Shown: in pieces, positions 60,163 through 64,000 of the stretch
How the letters are laid out: each line of letters begins with the position of its first letter
Numbering within the stretch: position 1 is the first letter of the stretch
NCBI GenBank assembly: GCA_037443785.1
Contig: JBBINR010000010.1
Location: 23,954 to 87,953, forward strand
Source: Ignavibacteriales bacterium
Lineage (GTDB): Bacteria; Bacteroidota; Ignavibacteria; UBA10030; UBA8401
Length of the DNA: 64,000 bases
Reading direction: 5' to 3'
The notes under the pieces: generated by a model
What the model was told of the DNA's origin: nothing
Databases searched by the model: none
The model's input: only the letters and a program-made list of their open reading frames with translations
Made by a program: the position numbers and the translations under genes

Positions 60163-62838
60163 TTATACGTTAAAGTAGTAGCTCATCTTTATCAAGAAAA
60201 TATTATCCGGCCGTGAATTTCCAAGTCGATATAACGAATGATTGAATCTAAATTCTCCATCGCCTTCATTATCACTTCGGCTTTGAGTCCAGACAAAATA
60301 AATCGTCGATCCTGGCAAATATTCCCACCGTAGGACCGCATTGCCGCGAAGAGACTTAAAATTAAAATCAGGATTGTTTAATGTGTGCGAAGTAGCAGGC
60401 CCAACACCATCCCCATCGACAGTATACCTTACATCGTGAGATGATGGATCTACAACTTTGTTGATAGTAGTTCCGTTTTGTCTAAATGCGACATATTCAT
60501 CTGATCGAGATCTTGCGAGCATCTTCAAATTAGTAAATGCACCCGATGAAATAAGTGGCTGCGCGAACAATTGCAGCGAAATTTTCGGACTGAATGTCCA
60601 GTTCAAACGAATATTTGCACTAATTGTTTTTTGATTCATCTCTCCAAAAACGTAACGACTCCCAAACGTTGATGTCGCCACTGCATCATTATAGCGGTCG
60701 ACCCATTGTAATTTTTCTTGATCAAGTGTCAAATCTGGACCAATCGAAAACGTTACAGAAGATGATGGACGGAATTGGATCGCCGCACCGTAATTCACAA
60801 AATTTGTGATCGATGAAAAATATGTATTTGCATATCCATTCACAAAAACTTCTTTCCGATCATCTGTATTAAACATAAGATCTGCTTCCCAGCCTTTCGG
60901 ATTCAATGTTATTGGACCACCACGCGTGCGACGAATGTTATATGCCGTTGACGGGTTTTGCGCAAAATTTAAATTGATGCTGTAATAATTTGTGAACTTG
61001 GCGAACAGCCATTCAACGACAACGCGATGAATGAGATTCCCTCCAAAATCATAACTTTGGCCAACACCCCCGCCAATTTCTCTCGTCCGGAAAATTCCTT
61101 CAGGTTCGCTCCATACATATCCTCCCCCGCCATGCATGTTAATAACATTGGTGCGTGAAAGAAACCCAAGATCGTTAATTTCAAACTTTGGATCGATAAT
61201 TCCGAACGATGCGTTCACGTATGAATTTCCTTTTTGTTTGATGAGATACGCGCGCCCCGTAAAACCTGTTAACGACGTAGCGTTACTGTCAACTTTCAAA
61301 TATGAAGCATCCGGCCGTTGGAAGTAATGCACTGAATTTGTTTGGAGATTTGTTATCCGTTCTTTACTGCCGTTCACATGTGACATTGCACTGTATCCAG
61401 TTATCACCCACATTTTATCTTCGTCCAAAAATGTCCACCCATCAATGCCGGCAAACACGGCACTTCGGTTTATGAAATTTTCAAGTCTCGATCCAATATC
61501 ATTTAACGAAAACGAACGACGAGCCAACGTCCCCATAAAGCCAATTCCCTGTCGTCCGTCTGGAAATTCTTTTTGCACCCGAGCAATTCCGTAATATGCT
61601 GATGGTTCAATTTCTGCTTCGGATCGAGTTCCATTGATTTGAAATGGTGCAATCATCCGTGACGTTACGGCGTGCACAGTTCCAACATTCCAACTGTCGC
61701 TGAGTTTTCCAGTAATTTTTGCAGCACCAAGTATTCTTGTTGCAATCGGCATATCAACATAGTCAACATTGTCTAATGTATCATTGCCATGGGGAGAACG
61801 CCCGATACGCCTGCTGTAAAAGAAAGTCGGTTGAGGATAATTAAAATTCCAATAATTATTTCCTCCTCCCTGTCCGAACATCGTAAAAATATTTGCCCCC
61901 TCAACAAAAAATGGGCGCTTCTCTTGGAAGAATGATTCCACGTCAGTCAAATTAACAACCGCGGGATCAACTTCAACCTGACCAAAATCTGGATTCACCG
62001 TTGCGTTCAGCACAAGATTACCATTAAGGCCATACCGTAAATCTGCACCAAAATCGGGATGATAACGTGAACCAGAATTGAATGGATTTCCAACAGATGG
62101 GTGGGTGTATTCTGCTTTTGTCGTTGTGAATGGAAGAAATTCTGCCTGGTTTGATGGTTTGACTCCCTCAATTCCAACGAGCTCATGGAACCGTGAAACA
62201 AACCCGCTTTGCATCCTCGGTGTGTAAGTAATATAATCTTGTTCGTTCTTCCGTCCGATATCTCGACGAAAATCTATTCCCCATATCTGTTCTTGCTGCT
62301 CATGAAATTTAAGTTGAGAAAAAGGAATACGCATTTCCACTGTCCATCCCGTTTCATCAATATTTGCTTTCCCTTCCCATACCCCATCCCAATCAGAATT
62401 ATCCCAATCATCATTAAATAAAACTCCATCGCCTAACATTCCGGACGGACCGATAGCAAAATAATTCCCGCTGCGTTTATCATGGTAGGGATCAATAAAG
62501 ACAATAAACCAATCGGAAGTGGAGATATTATCCCTCCGGCTCAACACTTTCATAATGGAATCAGGGTGTGAGTCATACAGGCGTGCGGCGATATATAATG
62601 CATTGTCGTCATATCCAATCCAGACTTCGGTTTTTTCGGTCGGGGCCTCGCCCTGATTCGGATCGCGCTGAACAAATTCTGAAATCGGCCGCATCGAACT
62701 CCACACTGATTCGTTCAACTTGCCATCGACCTTAATTGGCTGAGAAATTTTTACTGCATGAATTTCTCGATCAGAATCTGCAAACCCAAGAGAGGTAAGG
62801 CAAAGAAGAATCATTCCCACGCTCAGCACAAATTTCAT
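60163..62838 (-). CDS. DUF5916-type outer-membrane protein with N-terminal CBM9-like domain
   Basis: 891 aa with a signal peptide. IKVDGKLNESVWSSMRPISEFVQRDPNQGEAPTEKTEVWIGYDDNALYIAARLYDSHPDSI follows the CBM9-like/DUF5916 pattern. Long beta-rich C-terminal part ending in an aromatic-rich KMSYYFNV. GGAGG RBS. Confidence 0.6.
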   Translation of the reverse strand: MKFVLSVGMILLCLTSLGFADSDREIHAVKISQPIKVDGKLNESVWSSMRPISEFVQRDPNQGEAPTEKTEVWIGYDDNALYIAARLYDSHPDSIMKVLSRRDNISTSDWFIVFIDPYHDKRSGNYFAIGPSGMLGDGVLFNDDWDNSDWDGVWEGKANIDETGWTVEMRIPFSQLKFHEQQEQIWGIDFRRDIGRKNEQDYITYTPRMQSGFVSRFHELVGIEGVKPSNQAEFLPFTTTKAEYTHPSVGNPFNSGSRYHPDFGADLRYGLNGNLVLNATVNPDFGQVEVDPAVVNLTDVESFFQEKRPFFVEGANIFTMFGQGGGNNYWNFNYPQPTFFYSRRIGRSPHGNDTLDNVDYVDMPIATRILGAAKITGKLSDSWNVGTVHAVTSRMIAPFQINGTRSEAEIEPSAYYGIARVQKEFPDGRQGIGFMGTLARRSFSLNDIGSRLENFINRSAVFAGIDGWTFLDEDKMWVITGYSAMSHVNGSKERITNLQTNSVHYFQRPDASYLKVDSNATSLTGFTGRAYLIKQKGNSYVNASFGIIDPKFEINDLGFLSRTNVINMHGGGGYVWSEPEGIFRTREIGGGVGQSYDFGGNLIHRVVVEWLFAKFTNYYSINLNFAQNPSTAYNIRRTRGGPITLNPKGWEADLMFNTDDRKEVFVNGYANTYFSSITNFVNYGAAIQFRPSSSVTFSIGPDLTLDQEKLQWVDRYNDAVATSTFGSRYVFGEMNQKTISANIRLNWTFSPKISLQLFAQPLISSGAFTNLKMLARSRSDEYVAFRQNGTTINKVVDPSSHDVRYTVDGDGVGPATSHTLNNPDFNFKSLRGNAVLRWEYLPGSTIYFVWTQSRSDNEGDGEFRFNHSLYRLGNSRPDNIFLIKMSYYFNV

Positions 62839-62852
62839 ACTTCCTCCAGGTT

Positions 62853-62890
62853 AAAAAAAAGACGGCGAATATGAGTTACTTTACGCCGCC
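62853..62890 (-). terminator. intrinsic terminator after the DUF4097-like gene, abutting the next gene's RBS
   Basis: On the minus strand GGCGGCG ...16 nt... CGCCGTC forms a 7-bp stem with one G-U pair, followed by eight U (A-run 62853-62860 on plus). The GGAGG RBS and ATG 62838 of the next gene follow immediately. Confidence 0.5.
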
Positions 62891-62922
62891 TCTAAAATTT
62901 TGTTTCATTACATCAGTAAATA

Positions 62923-64000
62923 TTACTTCTTACGGATATCAATATTCCCATTTACGGTTTCAAGATAGATTGTTTCCCCGCCGCCGTTGAGAATATATGT
63001 CGCGTGAATTTCGTCGCCATCACCATTGTCACCACGCTTATCGTATGTATCTGCTTTAAAATCAGATTTGATATCATATTTAGTCTTTTTGCTGGACCAT
63101 CCCCAATCATCACGTAAGCGAATCAGTGCTTCAATGGTTGCCTTTGCGTTCGCAGGAATATACAATCGGACATTCCCTCCAGATGTTTTCAATTCACTGT
63201 TGCCTTTCCCGCTCGGATTCAACTCTGCAGAAACATCTCCACCCGCAGTTTTTGCTTCGATGGAACCGGTAATATTTTTTAGATTAATGTCTCCACCGGC
63301 AGTTTTCGCTTCAACAATTCCAGAGGCACCGTTTAATTCAACATCTCCGCCAGCTGTGCGCAAATGTGCATTGCCGGTAACTTTACCAACCCGAACATCT
63401 CCACCGGCAGTCGAAAGTGTCGCATCTCCGCCAATATCGCCGACTTCTACATTTCCGCCTGATGTACGCGCATCAAGTTTTTTTCCTACTTTATCAATCC
63501 GAATATCGCCGCCAGATGTGCTGACATTTGCTTCACCATTTACTCCTGCAAGTGAAATATTCCCACCTGACGTGTGAAGTTCTGCTTTTCCATCAATATC
63601 CCCTGTTTTAATATCACCGCCCGATGTTGACATGTTCACCGACCCGCGAATTCGTTCGATGGAAATATCTCCTCCCGATGTTGAGCCTTTGGCGTTTGCC
63701 AAAAGATTCCCCTGCAACTCAATGTCGCCGCCAGAAGTTCGCAGGTCAATTTCACATTGTGTGGGAACCGTCATTATAAATCTCGCACTGTTATGATTTC
63801 CCCATTTTGGTCTATAGGTGACTTGAACGTCATTTCCGTTTTGTGTCATCTTTACATATTCAAGGTCTTCATCATCCAAACCGTCCACCAGAACATTAAT
63901 CTCAGATTTCTCCCATGTCTTAACAACAATGTCGCCTCCGCTGACTGAAACATCCAGTGAACTTGTTTTTCCAACGGCAAAGGATTGTTCTCTTTTCGTT
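62923..64000 (-). CDS. DUF4097-like beta-helical repeat protein (putative adhesin fold), 3' part; gene continues past the right window edge
   Basis: The track start 63888 is an internal GTG. The same frame stays open to position 64000 (...LDVSVSGGDIVVKTWEKSEINVLVDGLDDEDL...). At least twelve T(S/A)GG(D/N)(I/V) repeat units. Confidence 0.65.
   Translation of the reverse strand, partial: TKREQSFAVGKTSSLDVSVSGGDIVVKTWEKSEINVLVDGLDDEDLEYVKMTQNGNDVQVTYRPKWGNHNSARFIMTVPTQCEIDLRTSGGDIELQGNLLANAKGSTSGGDISIERIRGSVNMSTSGGDIKTGDIDGKAELHTSGGNISLAGVNGEANVSTSGGDIRIDKVGKKLDARTSGGNVEVGDIGGDATLSTAGGDVRVGKVTGNAHLRTAGGDVELNGASGIVEAKTAGGDINLKNITGSIEAKTAGGDVSAELNPSGKGNSELKTSGGNVRLYIPANAKATIEALIRLRDDWGWSSKKTKYDIKSDFKADTYDKRGDNGDGDEIHATYILNGGGETIYLETVNGNIDIRKK
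63165..63950 (-). repeat. tandem ~19-20-codon coding repeats inside the DUF4097-like gene
   Basis: The motif T(S/A)GG(D/N)(I/V)x(L/I/V) recurs at regular spacing: TSGGDIELQG, TSGGDISIER, TSGGDIKTGD, TSGGNISLAG, TSGGDIRIDK, TSGGNVEVGD, TAGGDVRVGK, TAGGDVELNG, TAGGDINLKN, TAGGDVSAEL, TSGGNVRLYI, and VSGGDIVVKT. Confidence 0.6.

Noticed and set aside
63026-63577. 183-aa plus-strand ORF with repeated SPPAVFAS / TSPPAV motifs
   Set aside because: It is the antisense echo of the T(S/A)GGD(I/V) coding repeats of the DUF4097-like gene. The periodicity is inherited from the opposite strand.

Overview
The window most likely comes from a Bacteroidota/Ignavibacteriota-like (FCB-group) bacterium. This is an inference from T9SS sorting tails, PorV-like and DUF5916 genes, and gene order. 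Nearly all genes are on the minus strand. About half of the window (26.6-58.1 kb) is one collinear transcription/translation supercluster: four tRNAs, rpmG, tRNA-Trp, secE-nusG, rplKAJL, rpoBC, rpsLG-fusA-tuf, then the S10, spc and alpha operons ending at rplQ. Reading the raw sequence recovered two small genes missing from the ORF track, rpmJ and rpmG. It also recovered six tRNAs, one of which is a tRNA-Gln inside the spc operon between rplR and rpsE. The left third (4-20 kb) is the accessory-like part. It holds two about 1110-aa paralogous proteins with T9SS C-terminal sorting domains in direct orientation, flanking cydAB. One paralogue lies in a promoter-to-terminator unit with a TonB-dependent receptor and a PorV-like barrel, which is my best candidate for an undescribed system. 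Nearby are an NHL propeller, a protein built from a repeat I do not recognise, and an HTH plus LytS/LytTR regulatory trio. The remainder is housekeeping (pdp, NUDIX, MscS, pyrE, serA, aminotransferase, engB) plus envelope genes of the DUF2723, DUF5916 and DUF4097 types. I saw no CRISPR array, transposase, integrase or recognisable defence genes. All family assignments rest on motifs read by eye, not on database searches.
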